The translations under genes and the position numbers were made by a program. The notes beneath the pieces are model-generated. The model saw only the letters and a list, made by a program, of their open reading frames with translations, was not told the DNA's origin and ran no database searches. A stretch of DNA of 63,430 nucleotides, counting the filler. It is 8 parts of 8 records of this genome, joined end to end, with 100 filler letters (N's around TTAATTAATTAA, not from the genome) between each part and the next. Parts side by side here need not be neighbours in the genome. Positions count along the whole stretch, not along the records: positions 1 to 6,228 come from DRR723986_39000; positions 6,329 to 16,520 come from DRR723986_39450; 6 more parts are not named here. One strand, 5' to 3'. Positions 1 to 10,224 of the stretch are shown piece by piece. Within the stretch, counting starts at the first letter, position 1, and each line of letters starts with the position of its first letter.

Positions 1-68
1 TCCACCAGCGTGGTTTTGCCGTGGTCAACGTGGGCGATGATCGCGATATTGCGAATGTCTTTGCTCAT
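1..68 (-). CDS. typA: Translational GTPase TypA/BipA, N-terminus only (runs off window)
   Basis: Reverse strand reads [23 protein letters not shown], the TypA G1 motif. Not in the ORF track. Confidence 0.9.
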   Translation of the reverse strand, partial: MSKDIRNIAIIAHVDHGKTTLV

Positions 69-194
69 GGTTTTTGCTTTCAGGTGTGGCCGTGTGGGGC
101 GAGCGCGCGTTGCCCAGCCAAATGGCCAAAAACTTAAAAAGAGGCTTCGCGCACCAACTGCGCCAAAAAGCCCCTTCTTCTCAACTTGCGCGCC

Positions 195-1361
195 TTATAG
201 GGGGGATTGCCCCCGCTGGCAAGCCGATAGCGGTATCACCGCCGTTTTTTGTTCAGAGGAGGCAATGTTGCCAGCGGGCGCTTGTACCCGCAGGGCATCA
301 ACAAATTGCCGGGCTACTGTAGGCCAATCATAGTTTTGGGCAAAAGCTGTGCAGTCGTCGCGGTTTAAGGAGAGCGCCTTTTGGGTGGCCGTTTGCAGGT
401 TATTGTCCAGCGCGGCAATTTGTTTGTGCCAATTGGGAAACGGGCCGCAGCCATCTGGTCCCAGCACATCAATTGGGCCTTGAACCGGGTAGGCCGCAAC
501 CGGCGTGCCAGCGGCCAGTGCTTCTATGAGTACCAAGCCGAAAGTGTCGGTTTTGGACGGGAAGACAAATACATCTGCATTGGCGTAAAATTGGGCCAGG
601 TCTTCGCCGTATTGTGCCCCCATGAAGCAGGCGTCAGGGTATTTGGCTTTCAATGCTTCAAGCGCAGGGCCGTCGCCAACAACAACTTTTGAGCCGGGCG
701 TGTCACAGCCTAGAAATGCCTCAATGTTTTTCTCAGTGGCAACCCGGCCTACATAAAGCTGAAGGGGCCGTTTTAGACCGCTAAGCTCCATCATCGGAGC
801 GCGCATGCCCAGCGGTTTGAACAGTGTGGTATCCACACCGCGCGTCCAGGGAATGATGTTGTTGAAACCATTGGCGCGCAGCAAGTTACGTACGGTTTTT
901 GTCGCAACCAAGACGCCGGCGCTGGCCTGATGGAAGTGTCGAAAAGCTGGATAAAACCAACGGGCAGGAAAGGGGCTGCGTGCTGCGATATACTCGGGAA
1001 AAGCCGTATGATAGGCGGTTGTGAAGGCAACATTGTTTTTGATGCACCAGCGCCGTGCCGCCCACCCCAGTGGGCCTTCTGTGGCGATATGAATCGCATC
1101 GAAATCCAGGTCAGACAATAACTGTCTGGTTCTCGCCCTCGCATTGATGCTGAGCCGAATTTCCGGGTAGGTGGGGCAGGGAATGGTCTTGAACAGGCGC
1201 GGTGTCAGCATGGTCACGGCATGGCCGCCAGCTTCCAGCTCATAGCGCAGGTTGTCCAGCGTTCTGACAACGCCGTTAACTTGCGGGTGCCATGCGTCGG
1301 TTATGACGCATATTTTCAAGTTTTGGGCCGGGTTTGACCTCAATTGCTGTGAGCCATCCAT
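195..1361 (-). CDS. GT-B glycosyltransferase, family 4
   Basis: TDAWHPQVNGVVRT N-terminus, HIATEGPLG, FPSKTDTFGLVLIEA (D/E-x7-E motif). Confidence 0.9.
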   Translation of the reverse strand: MDGSQQLRSNPAQNLKICVITDAWHPQVNGVVRTLDNLRYELEAGGHAVTMLTPRLFKTIPCPTYPEIRLSINARARTRQLLSDLDFDAIHIATEGPLGWAARRWCIKNNVAFTTAYHTAFPEYIAARSPFPARWFYPAFRHFHQASAGVLVATKTVRNLLRANGFNNIIPWTRGVDTTLFKPLGMRAPMMELSGLKRPLQLYVGRVATEKNIEAFLGCDTPGSKVVVGDGPALEALKAKYPDACFMGAQYGEDLAQFYANADVFVFPSKTDTFGLVLIEALAAGTPVAAYPVQGPIDVLGPDGCGPFPNWHKQIAALDNNLQTATQKALSLNRDDCTAFAQNYDWPTVARQFVDALRVQAPAGNIASSEQKTAVIPLSACQRGQSPL

Positions 1362-1363
1362 AT

Positions 1364-2221
1364 TTATTCTGCTGCTATTGGAATTGCGGGGATTTGTGGG
1401 GCCTTGAGTTTTTTCTTCTTTTTACCAGGCGATTGGCCGCCGTTGCGGGCGGCAACTTCGTCGGCCCAGTGTAAAATTTCAAAGCGTCCGTCCTTGTGTT
1501 CAACAAGTGCGGTGCAGCTTTCCACCCAGTCGCCGTCATTCATATAAATGATGTCGTCGATGTTGCGGCATTCTGCGTGGTGAATATGACCGCAAATAAC
1601 GCCGTCAACGCCGCGCCTTTTGGCTTCCAGCGCTACTGCTTCCTCGAACCTGCCGATATACTCGACCGCGTTTTTGACCTTGTGTTTCAGGTAGGCGGAC
1701 AAAGACCAGTAATCGTAGCCAAAGAGACGGCGAATACGGTTGAAGTGTGTGTTTAGCCTGAGCAAAAGCGTGTAGGCGCGGTCGCCCACATGGGCCAGCC
1801 ACTTGGCGTATTTCACCACACCATCAAACTGGTCGCCGTGCAACACCCAAAAGCGTTTGCCCGCAGCACCTTCAAAAATCAGTTCTGGCTCCAGGGAAAC
1901 TCCGGCAAGGTCATGCCCTTCAAAGCCCCGCAGCCCTTCGTCGTGATTGCCGGGAACGTAGGTCACCTTCACACCGTGCTTGGCCATTTTAAGCACGCGG
2001 CGGATAACATCATTGTGGGTGGTATCCCAAAACCAGTTTCGCTTTATTTGCCAGCCGTCGATGATGTCGCCAACTAGAAAAAGTTGCTCACAGCGCACGG
2101 TTTTCAGAAAATCAAGCAACAGGTCTACCCGTGCCGCGCGGGTGCCTAAATGGGTGTCGGAAATGAACACGGCGCGGTATGTATGGGGGCGGTTTTTACT
2201 GTCGGTCAATGGTGGAAGCAT
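1364..2221 (-). CDS. Calcineurin-like metallophosphoesterase (UDP-2,3-diacylglucosamine diphosphatase-like)
   Basis: SDTHLG, VGDIIDGW, PGNHD, HGD, GHIH, NDGDWVES motifs. 2-nt gap to the GT4 gene. Confidence 0.88.
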   Translation of the reverse strand: MLPPLTDSKNRPHTYRAVFISDTHLGTRAARVDLLLDFLKTVRCEQLFLVGDIIDGWQIKRNWFWDTTHNDVIRRVLKMAKHGVKVTYVPGNHDEGLRGFEGHDLAGVSLEPELIFEGAAGKRFWVLHGDQFDGVVKYAKWLAHVGDRAYTLLLRLNTHFNRIRRLFGYDYWSLSAYLKHKVKNAVEYIGRFEEAVALEAKRRGVDGVICGHIHHAECRNIDDIIYMNDGDWVESCTALVEHKDGRFEILHWADEVAARNGGQSPGKKKKKLKAPQIPAIPIAAE

Positions 2222-2516
2222 TATGGCGTCACCGTTTGTTTTGTGATGACTTTGTTTGAATCTGGAGTGTGACGATTTGGTTGCGATTAGATGAATCTTT
2301 TTTGAAACAAACGCTTAGGCCGAGTCGCAGGCATATCGGTGAGAGACTGAAATGGGGTTTAAGGAGCATCTCAACACATATGATGAACATCTGCGCCAGT
2401 TTATTTCCAATTAAATGGCTACACGTCAAAGGTTTAAAGCTTGATCACTCGCACATAACATAGTCGTTATGGGGGCTGCCCTTGGAAAATGGGAGGTGAG
2501 GTTTTATCTAATGTAT

Positions 2517-2596
2517 AGGCGAGCATGGCTTGCCTTTGCCCCTAGTGGGCGTTTCCTCCCTGAGCCTGGACCACGTGAAAGCGTGGTCTTTTTTTT
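2517..2596 (+). ncRNA. MmgR/SuhB (alpha-r8)-like small RNA, 5' end approximate
   Basis: Short hairpin GCCC-ctagt-GGGC, then TTTCCTCCCT (2552-2561), then terminator GACCACG-tgaaag-CGTGGTC-T8. Convergent with N-formylglutamate amidohydrolase, the synteny known for this family. Confidence 0.75.
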
Positions 2597-2643
2597 GGCC
2601 GAGGAGAAGTTTAAGAGGAGAAGTTTAACCTGAAAGCTATGGC

Positions 2644-3573
2644 TTACTCAGCAGCCTTTTTTACGGACATGACCTCAAGCTCATCAAACGATTGGATTAT
2701 GTCATGACAAACGCTTGCTACACGCTGCTGGACTTCGTTGAAATGAGGTAGTTTTTCAACTTCTTTCTCGTCCATATAAAGGCTGCGGTTAATTTCTATC
2801 TGCAGGGCGTGGCAGCCTTGTGCTGGCGCGCCGTAATGACGGGTGGCGTAACCGCCTGCATAGGGCACATTGCGCCGTACCTTAAAGCCTGCATCCAGGA
2901 ACAGGCGCTCAACCATGCTGGTTACATCGCGCGCACAGCTGGTGCCCCAGCAGTCACCAAGAACGATGTCCGGTTGCGATTGTGCTCTGCGCCCTAGCTC
3001 TGGGCCAGACGGCATAGAGTGGCAATCTATTAACACAGCCGTACCAAACTGCTTGTGGCGCGCCATAAGCAGGGTTTTTAGGGCCTCATGGTAAGGCTTG
3101 TAAATTTCATCAAGACGCCTGAAGGCTTCGCGTATGGGGATCAAGCCATCATAAATGGGCATGCCTTCGCCGATGATGCGCGGCACAACGCCCAGCCCGG
3201 CCTTTACCCGGTTATTTAAATCAACCTCATAGTCGCCGATGTCTCCGGCAAACATGCTGGGTTCTAGTTCATTGGCGTCGCGGTTCAGATCAAGAAATGA
3301 CCGCGCATAGGTCGCCACCAACTGAGCAGCACCAAATGTTGTAATGTCGTCAAAAAGGTCGTCGACAAAGGCGTCTTCAGACAACCGCAACTGCCGGGTG
3401 TCCAGCTTGGACAGGTCATGAAAACGTTTTGGGTAATGGCGACCACTATGGGGGGCAGCAAACACAAAAGGGTTCCCCATTCCCGCAGGCGCCTTCGCTA
3501 GAAACGCGGGTGGCTCGTCGGATGCGCCCGAGGCGGTAACGGATTGATTTTGAAGCTCTAAATCCTTCTGCAT
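2644..3573 (-). CDS. N-formylglutamate amidohydrolase
   Basis: APHSG, EDAFVD, DLNR, DCHSMPS, NVPYAGG, HALQIEINRSLYMDE motifs. Confidence 0.92.
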   Translation of the reverse strand: MQKDLELQNQSVTASGASDEPPAFLAKAPAGMGNPFVFAAPHSGRHYPKRFHDLSKLDTRQLRLSEDAFVDDLFDDITTFGAAQLVATYARSFLDLNRDANELEPSMFAGDIGDYEVDLNNRVKAGLGVVPRIIGEGMPIYDGLIPIREAFRRLDEIYKPYHEALKTLLMARHKQFGTAVLIDCHSMPSGPELGRRAQSQPDIVLGDCWGTSCARDVTSMVERLFLDAGFKVRRNVPYAGGYATRHYGAPAQGCHALQIEINRSLYMDEKEVEKLPHFNEVQQRVASVCHDIIQSFDELEVMSVKKAAE

Positions 3574-3756
3574 GGGCGCAGGCTAGCGGCTTTTTATCAT
3601 CCTGTCACCTGCAGAAAGCACCGCCGCCCCCAATTGGTTGGTTTGCTTATGCACTCGCCACGCTTTTTATGCGTTCATTCGTGCGAAAAATGCGGCGAGC
3701 CGACAGGACAGATTTACAAGTGATCGTTATAATATACCATTAATACAAATGGTTTT

Positions 3757-6012
3757 ATGGTTTTCGGGAGGGGTGAAATGGGACACATGAATATCAATAG
3801 GCGGTCATTTTTAACATATGGCCTTGCGGCGGGAGCTTTGGTTGTGGCGGCACCTGCGTCTGCACTTGTTCGGTCCATGGATGACCAAGGCGCAGAAAAT
3901 GATGACAGTATTTCACCGCTTATTCAAATTAACCCCGATAACAGCATGGTGTTTTTTAGCCCATCACCGGACATGGGGCAGGGCACGGACACGTCGCTTG
4001 CCATGTTGTTCGCCGAGGAATTGGGCGCAGACTTTGACTATGTCTTCTCCAAGCCCCTGCCGCTGATGCTGCGCCGCAATGAGGATGGCGGTCTCGCTTG
4101 GGCGGTGGCACCCCAGGGTGCTGGCGGCTCTACCAGTATTTCTGATAACTGGACATTGTTGCGCAATGCCGGTGCCACAGCGCGCCAACTGTTGCTGCAG
4201 GCTGCGGCCAAGCATTTTGACGCCGACGTTGGCACACTGAGGGCTGAAAAATCCTTTGTGATTAGTCCGTCTGGTGGTCGTGTTGCCTTCGGCGCACTGT
4301 TGAAAGCCGCAGCAGCAGAAACCTTGCCGGAGGATTTCACACCGTCGCTGAAGGCCCCCGACCAATGGACGGTGATTGGCACATCGGAGAAAAACAAGGT
4401 GGCCCGCGAGATTGTGACCGGCAAACCACTATACGGCATGGATATGGACTATCCGGGAGCAAAAGCTGCGATGATTGAGCGCAGCCCCTATCTGGATGGC
4501 TATGTTGAAAGCGTGGATGACACGGCAGCGCGCGCCTTGCCCGGCGTGCTGGATGTAATTGTATTGGACCGGCCTGACCCAGCGGGGAATTACACGTATC
4601 TCGCGGCGGGCGTGGCTGTGGTGGCCGAGGATGTGTGGACCGCAAAAAAAGCACGCGCGCTATTAAAGATAACCTGGAACAAAGGCCCTCACACCGCCGA
4701 GAGCAGCCAGAGCCTGAATGACCAATGTGAGGAATTGCTAAAAGGCAAGGGCCAGATTGTGCGCAGTGATGGTGACTTTGACGCCGCTGTTGCTGCGGCA
4801 GATAAAGTGATAACCCGGACCTATAAATTACCGCTTGTGTCCCACGCGCAGCTGGAGCCGCAAAATTGCATTGCCCACGTGCGCGAAGACAGCGCCACAG
4901 TGATCGGCCCGTTCCAAAGCCCGTCCGGCGCCTCGCGGTTTGCCAGTGCTATTACCGGTATTGACCGGTTGAGCATTGAGGTGCGCTACACCCGCCTTGG
5001 TGGCGGTTTTGGCCGCAGGCTGACCAGTGACCATGCGGCTGAGGCAGTGACCATTGCCAAGCAGTCTGGCTACCCCATTCGGCTTGTGTGGACACGGGAA
5101 GATGACCTGCAGCACGATTTTTACCGCCCTATGGGCCACCATGAAATGATTGCCGCGGTTGATGAGCGTGGCACTGTTACAGCGTGGGCCCAGCGCCTGG
5201 CTGGGACGCCGAAATATTACCGGCGTGGCAGGCCCGCCGACCAACTGTTTGGCGCCGACTTGTATGTGGATGATTTCCCTGCACGGTTGGTTGATAACCT
5301 GAAGCTTGAATATTTTGTTGCCAAGTCAGGCACGCCGCAAGGAAGCTGGCGCGCACCGGCGCACACCGCCAATGCGTTTGTTGTGCAAAGCTTTATGGAT
5401 GAAATAGCCCAAGAATTGGGCGAGGACCCGCTGGCCTTCCGGTTGCGCATGCTGGGTGCACCGCAGGAGTTTCCTTACGGGCAGCATGGCAGTGATGTGT
5501 ATGACACTGGCCGCCTGCGCGGCGTGCTCGAATTGGCGGCGGAGAAGGCGAACTGGGGCAAGGCCATGCCGGAGGGGCACGCACAGGGCATTGCCGGGCA
5601 TTTCACTTTTGGTGGGTACTGCGCTCATGTAGTTGAGGTGGAGCTGCTGGAAAATGAGAGGTTCAGGGTGCATAAAGTAACGGGTGCCATTGACATCGGA
5701 AGGGTCGTGAACCGCGCGGGTGTAATCGCGCAAATGGAAGGCGGTATTAACGATGGCCTTAACGCCTGCATGGGCCAGCAAGTGCGTATTGAAGGTGGGC
5801 GCATGGTAAACGACAACTTTGACAGCTATCACATGACCCGCATGGCGGATGCGCCGCCTGTGGTTGACACCCACATTGTGGAGAGCACAAAAGACCCGGT
5901 GGGTATGGGCGAAATGTCATTGCCGCCAATGGCCCCAGCGATGATGAACGCGGTGGTGCGGGCAGGCGGCGCGCGCAAGCGGGCGCAGCCATTTTTTAAC
6001 GACGGTGCTTAG
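3757..6012 (+). CDS. Molybdopterin-binding aldehyde/isoquinoline oxidoreductase large subunit (IorB-like), Tat-exported
   Basis: NRRSFL twin-arginine motif, DMGQG, GGSTS, LGGGFGRR, WRAP, QMEGG, GMGE. The true start may be 3778 or 3787. Confidence 0.88.
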   Translation: MVFGRGEMGHMNINRRSFLTYGLAAGALVVAAPASALVRSMDDQGAENDDSISPLIQINPDNSMVFFSPSPDMGQGTDTSLAMLFAEELGADFDYVFSKPLPLMLRRNEDGGLAWAVAPQGAGGSTSISDNWTLLRNAGATARQLLLQAAAKHFDADVGTLRAEKSFVISPSGGRVAFGALLKAAAAETLPEDFTPSLKAPDQWTVIGTSEKNKVAREIVTGKPLYGMDMDYPGAKAAMIERSPYLDGYVESVDDTAARALPGVLDVIVLDRPDPAGNYTYLAAGVAVVAEDVWTAKKARALLKITWNKGPHTAESSQSLNDQCEELLKGKGQIVRSDGDFDAAVAAADKVITRTYKLPLVSHAQLEPQNCIAHVREDSATVIGPFQSPSGASRFASAITGIDRLSIEVRYTRLGGGFGRRLTSDHAAEAVTIAKQSGYPIRLVWTREDDLQHDFYRPMGHHEMIAAVDERGTVTAWAQRLAGTPKYYRRGRPADQLFGADLYVDDFPARLVDNLKLEYFVAKSGTPQGSWRAPAHTANAFVVQSFMDEIAQELGEDPLAFRLRMLGAPQEFPYGQHGSDVYDTGRLRGVLELAAEKANWGKAMPEGHAQGIAGHFTFGGYCAHVVEVELLENERFRVHKVTGAIDIGRVVNRAGVIAQMEGGINDGLNACMGQQVRIEGGRMVNDNFDSYHMTRMADAPPVVDTHIVESTKDPVGMGEMSLPPMAPAMMNAVVRAGGARKRAQPFFNDGA

Positions 6013-6167
6013 CCGCTAATGGCGCCGGAGCCTGTGCACTGACCGTGCGCAATTTTGCAAAGACTTTCCCCTTGCGCGCTCGGAACCGGCGTTGTAAACA
6101 GCGCCTTGTCCGAGCCCAACCTCGGGCTGCGCCGATGTTGACGCGGCGGTTCAATATGAAATGGTGC

Positions 6168-6228
6168 GGTCGGTTAGCTCAGTTGGTAGAGCGCGTCGTT
6201 GACATCGACGAGGTCGCTGGTTCGAGCC
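6168..6228 (+). tRNA. tRNA-Val(GAC), 3' end truncated by contig end
   Basis: GGTCGGTTAGCTCAGTTGGTAGAGC D-arm, anticodon arm CGTCG-TT-GAC-AT-CGACG, GGTTCGAG T-loop. Confidence 0.93.
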
Positions 6229-6328
6229 NNNNNNNNNNNNNNNNNNNNNNNNNNNNNNNNNNNNNNNNNNNNTTAATTAATTAANNNNNNNNNNNNNNNN
6301 NNNNNNNNNNNNNNNNNNNNNNNNNNNN
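6229..6328. other. Artificial contig spacer (also at 16521-16620, 25777-25876, 33078-33177, 38284-38383, 47302-47401, 52411-52510)
   Basis: N44-TTAATTAATTAA-N44 with stops in all frames. Composition and apparent taxon change across most spacers. Confidence 0.98.
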
Positions 6329-6689
6329 TGGTTTTCATGTATCATTTGTAGTGCCAAACGATGCTACAGAAAGAATGAATCAGTTTATAGCAACACATGA
6401 ACAGTTTATGCGGGAGACTCATCACCTGTCTGGTGATCAAGAACCAATTATATTATCTTATTCTGTATTTAAATCCCCAGAATTCAACAATCCTTTCGAT
6501 CCCAATAGTGGAGAAACAGGAAACACTCTTTATGGTTTAACTGAAATATACAGTGGGCCCGAAGGTGTACAAGCACATATGACTTTAGGCCAACAACGTG
6601 AAGCAATGTTTGCTGAGCTAGTGGATTTAACAAACACTTACTGTGTTGCCGGACTTTTAGGGGCGCCAGTTATTGCGGCAATGGAATAA
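6329..6689 (+). CDS. Hypothetical protein, 5'-truncated
   Basis: Frame is open from the contig start and sits in a compact cluster with two downstream small genes. Confidence 0.6.
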
Positions 6690-6699
6690 TTAAATAGCA

Positions 6700-6963
6700 A
6701 TGAATCTAGTAATAAAAGGAAAATGTACGTCAAGTTATGCTGCAGTGCATAAAGACTTCATGAAACTCTCAGAAACAAGAGCGCAATGTTGTGATGAATC
6801 GAAAACTACAATTAGTAAAATAGATGAATATAATTTCATTGTTCTAATGTTTGATGTGGACATGAGTAAGTTGAAAGAATTATTATCTACTCCTGAAAGA
6901 GATGAAGTAATAAAACTGAATGGAATTTCAAATGAAATGTTTCAATTTTCACCTTTAAGTTAG
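6700..6963 (+). CDS. Small hypothetical protein
   Basis: 87-aa ATG ORF, 10 nt after the previous stop. Confidence 0.6.
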   Translation: MNLVIKGKCTSSYAAVHKDFMKLSETRAQCCDESKTTISKIDEYNFIVLMFDVDMSKLKELLSTPERDEVIKLNGISNEMFQFSPLS

Positions 6964-7005
6964 CCCCTAAAGAATTCACATCAAACCGTATAAAACAATG
7001 TAATT

Positions 7006-7314
7006 ATGAAACTAACTGTACTTTATCCTCAGCCGTTAAATCAAGAAAAATTTGAATCAGATTATAATGCTCATCTGAAATTACTCCATGAAAAAACAGG
7101 GATTCCAACTGATGTAAAGCCATACAGCGTTACTAGATTCATATCTGGTCCGGAAGGCAAACCACCGTTCCATCTAATGTTCATCATGCCATTTGAATCG
7201 CAAGAATTACTTGAAAAAACAATGTCTTCCCATGGCATGCAGGAAGTAGCCGCAGATGCAACTAGAATTTCAACCGGAGGTGCACCCACAATTTTGATTG
7301 GACAAACTATTTAA
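7006..7314 (+). CDS. EthD-family (dimeric alpha-beta barrel) protein
   Basis: KLTVLYPQP..FESDYNAHL..F.S…VAADA pattern. Confidence 0.8.
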   Translation: MKLTVLYPQPLNQEKFESDYNAHLKLLHEKTGIPTDVKPYSVTRFISGPEGKPPFHLMFIMPFESQELLEKTMSSHGMQEVAADATRISTGGAPTILIGQTI

Positions 7315-7533
7315 ATCACTGCAGGTTTTACGCCATACACATCCAACTTAAACTTTGTGTGGATTGCGGTAGCAGTTGGTGGACTTCAATTTATAAGTTC
7401 AATGATAAAATTCTGCCCGGTTTATTTCATTCTTAATAAACTAATGCCAAATACTGATCCTATTCAAAATCGTAATTAAAACTTAAGTCACAAATAGATT
7501 TACTTGTGCTGCATCTTTGAATAATAGGGGGGC

Positions 7534-7566
7534 AAAAAAAGCCTGATAGAAATATCAGGCTTTTTT
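7534..7566. terminator. Intrinsic terminator, bidirectional
   Basis: A7-GCCTGAT-agaaat-ATCAGGC-T6. Confidence 0.75.
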
Positions 7567-7658
7567 GTTTTTTGTCTTTCTTATGTTCTTAACTCATAAC
7601 ATCAATATGATGTAAAATATAAATTAAGTAACTTTAAGTAGTTAAATCTAATCCCATA

Positions 7659-9095
7659 ATGAAAAAAGTTCCGAAGCAAATTAAGTTACTTTTTATTTTT
7701 CTGATTGCGTTATCCTTAATTAAACTTAACGCTCAAACACAAATTGGTAATGATATTGATGGCCTCACATCGGGTGATTCTTTTGGACGAAATACAAGTA
7801 TTTCTGCCGATGGTAGTATTGTAGCTATAGCTGGTAATATTGGTGAAGCAGGACCTGGTGGTTCGCCACGCGTTTTCAAAAATATTAACGGCGCTTAGAC
7901 ATTGTATGCTACTGATAGTAGTGGTGGGAATTTTGGAGGAATTGGCTGTTATAGTATAAGTATGTCATCAGATGGAAATACCTTGGCAATCGGTACTTTA
8001 TTCAATGCTATACGAGTTTTTAGTTATGATAGTAACACAGATATTTGGATTCAAAAAGGTGCTGATATTGTTAATACCTCTACTGTAAATCGATATGGTT
8101 ATAGTACTCAGTTATCTTCGGACGGAAATATCATTGCGATTGGTATACCAGACTCTCCTTTTGTGCCAGAAGCAGGAATTACACAAATATATCAATATAA
8201 TACAGGTGCTTGGAGTCAGATAGCGAACAATATAGTTGGGTTATCACCAGCAGAAAATTCTGGAAGGAGTGTGGATTTATCGTCAGATGGAAATACTGTT
8301 GCCATATTGAGTGATAATACACTTCGCGTTTATCAGAATGTTTCAGGAAACTGGACATTGTATGGAAATGAGATACCAGCTACAGGAAGTCAAACTACTA
8401 ATAGTGCAATTAGCTTATCTTCTAACGGGACTATACTAGCATTAGGTGAACCCGATTACACGGGTAATTTTATTCAACAAGATCGTGTTAGAATTTTTAA
8501 ATATAGAGCAGGATTGTGGGAACAGATTGGTGATGACATTATAGGTGAAGTCACTCAATATAGAACCGGTTGGAGTGTGAGCCTGTCTGAGGGAGGTGAT
8601 TTTATTGCTATCGGAGAACCTGGTAGTACAAGTAGCACCACAGATACTGGGCGCATGCGCTTTTTTAAAAATCAAAATGATTCTTGGATTCAGGTTGGGA
8701 ATTCAATATTTGGAGAAGCCAGTGAAGATTACTCAGGTAGAAGTGTTGCTCTATCTTTTGATGCAGGAACAGTAATTATAGGTGCACCAAAGAATGATGA
8801 CGGAGCTGATAATGCAGGACATGCTAGAGTTTATAACCTTAACGACCTATTATCTGTAATTGATATTACTAAACCTAAAGTTGGAATTTTTCCTAATCCA
8901 TCAAGTAATGAATTCACAGTACAACTTACAGGTGACATTAGATTAAATAAAGTGACTATTTTTAATAGTGACGGACAATTAATGAAGTCTACAACATTAC
9001 CTTCTGTTAGTGTTTCAGATTTATCAGCTGACGTTTATATTCTAAAAATATACACTAGCAATGGATTGGATACCGAAAAAATTATTGTTAAATAG
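7659..9095 (+). pseudogene. FG-GAP/beta-propeller protein with T9SS type A CTD, interrupted by in-frame TAG at 7896-7898
   Basis: Signal peptide, repeated GxSVxLSxDG and W.QIG units, C-terminal IFPNPS…KIIVK. The two ORF-track pieces are in one frame, separated by a single TAG where Trp is expected. Confidence 0.8.
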
Positions 9096-9104
9096 CAAAA
9101 AGTT

Positions 9105-10055
9105 TTAAGTATACTTCTTACTTAACTCGCTCAGCATAACTTTAGTCATGGCATCTAAATCAAAATTATGTTGCCAATTCCAATCATTACGTGCTATTGT
9201 ATCATCAATAGATGAAGGCCAACTATCTGCAATTGCCTGCCTAAAATCGGGATTATAACTAATTTCAAAATCTGGCATTAGTGCTTTTATACTTTCAAAA
9301 ATATCTTTAGGTGTAAAAGAAATTGCAGAAAGGTTATAAGAAGATCGTATTGTTAAATTGTTTGCAGGAGCTGTCATTAGATCTATAGTAGCTTTAATAG
9401 CATCATCCATAAACATCATTGGTAAGCTGGTGTTTTCAGATAAAAAGCACTCATATTTACCAGTTTTAATGGCTTCATGATATATCTCTACGGCATAATC
9501 AGTAGTTCCACCTCCAGGCATAGCCTTATGACTTATAATACCAGGATATCTAATACTTCTTACATCAACATCATACTTGTTATGATAATACTCACACCAA
9601 CGTTCTCCAACTTGTTTAGTAATACCATAAACCGTTGTAGGTTCGCAAATGGTATGTTGAGGTGTGTCTTCTCTTGGCGTTGTTGGTCCAAATACTGCAA
9701 TACTACTTGGCCAATACACTTTTTTTATTGTACCACCTTTAGCTAAATTTAAAACATGAAAAAGGGAGTTCATATTTAAATCCCAAGCTTCCATTGGGTA
9801 TTTTTCTCCTGTTGCACTTAATAATGCTGCCATGAGGTAAACCGTATCAATATTATAATTTTTGCAACAATCTTTTATTGCATTAAAATTTTTAGCATCG
9901 ATAATTTCAAATGGTCCAGCGTTGACTAAATCTAGTTTTCTGGTGTTAATATCACTTGCAATTACATTATCTACACCATGTATTTCTCTTAATTTTGCAG
10001 TAAGTTCAGTGCCAATTTGACCGCAAGCGCCAATGATTAAAATTTTAGAAGACAT
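9105..10055 (-). CDS. L-threonine 3-dehydrogenase-like extended SDR (NAD-dependent epimerase/dehydratase)
   Basis: GACGQIG, LLSATGE, PSSIAVFG, YGITK, GGGTTDYA, RQAIADSWP. Confidence 0.88.
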   Translation of the reverse strand: MSSKILIIGACGQIGTELTAKLREIHGVDNVIASDINTRKLDLVNAGPFEIIDAKNFNAIKDCCKNYNIDTVYLMAALLSATGEKYPMEAWDLNMNSLFHVLNLAKGGTIKKVYWPSSIAVFGPTTPREDTPQHTICEPTTVYGITKQVGERWCEYYHNKYDVDVRSIRYPGIISHKAMPGGGTTDYAVEIYHEAIKTGKYECFLSENTSLPMMFMDDAIKATIDLMTAPANNLTIRSSYNLSAISFTPKDIFESIKALMPDFEISYNPDFRQAIADSWPSSIDDTIARNDWNWQHNFDLDAMTKVMLSELSKKYT

Positions 10056-10224
10056 TAGTTGGTTTTAAAATCTTACCAAAAATAGTAAGAATTAGGTCTG
10101 TCAACTATTAAAGTTTTCAGAAAATAGAGGTTTAGTTACTATTTATATAAAACACAAATCATTATGATATACTATAATTACAAATTAATAGTTTAAGTAT
10201 ATTTACAATCAATTTAATTGATAT

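Noticed and set aside
2601-2628. Tandem duplication GAGGAGAAGTTTAA x2
   Set aside because: Two copies between convergent 3' ends, most likely slippage with no evident function.
6229-6328. Recurrent TTAATTAATTAA elements and ORFs ending in X…LIN
   Set aside because: Artificial contig spacers, not biology.
7896-7898. TAG recoding or an alternative genetic code
   Set aside because: Other genes on the contig end at TAG (6963, 9095, 10749). A single TGG-to-TAG change is simpler.
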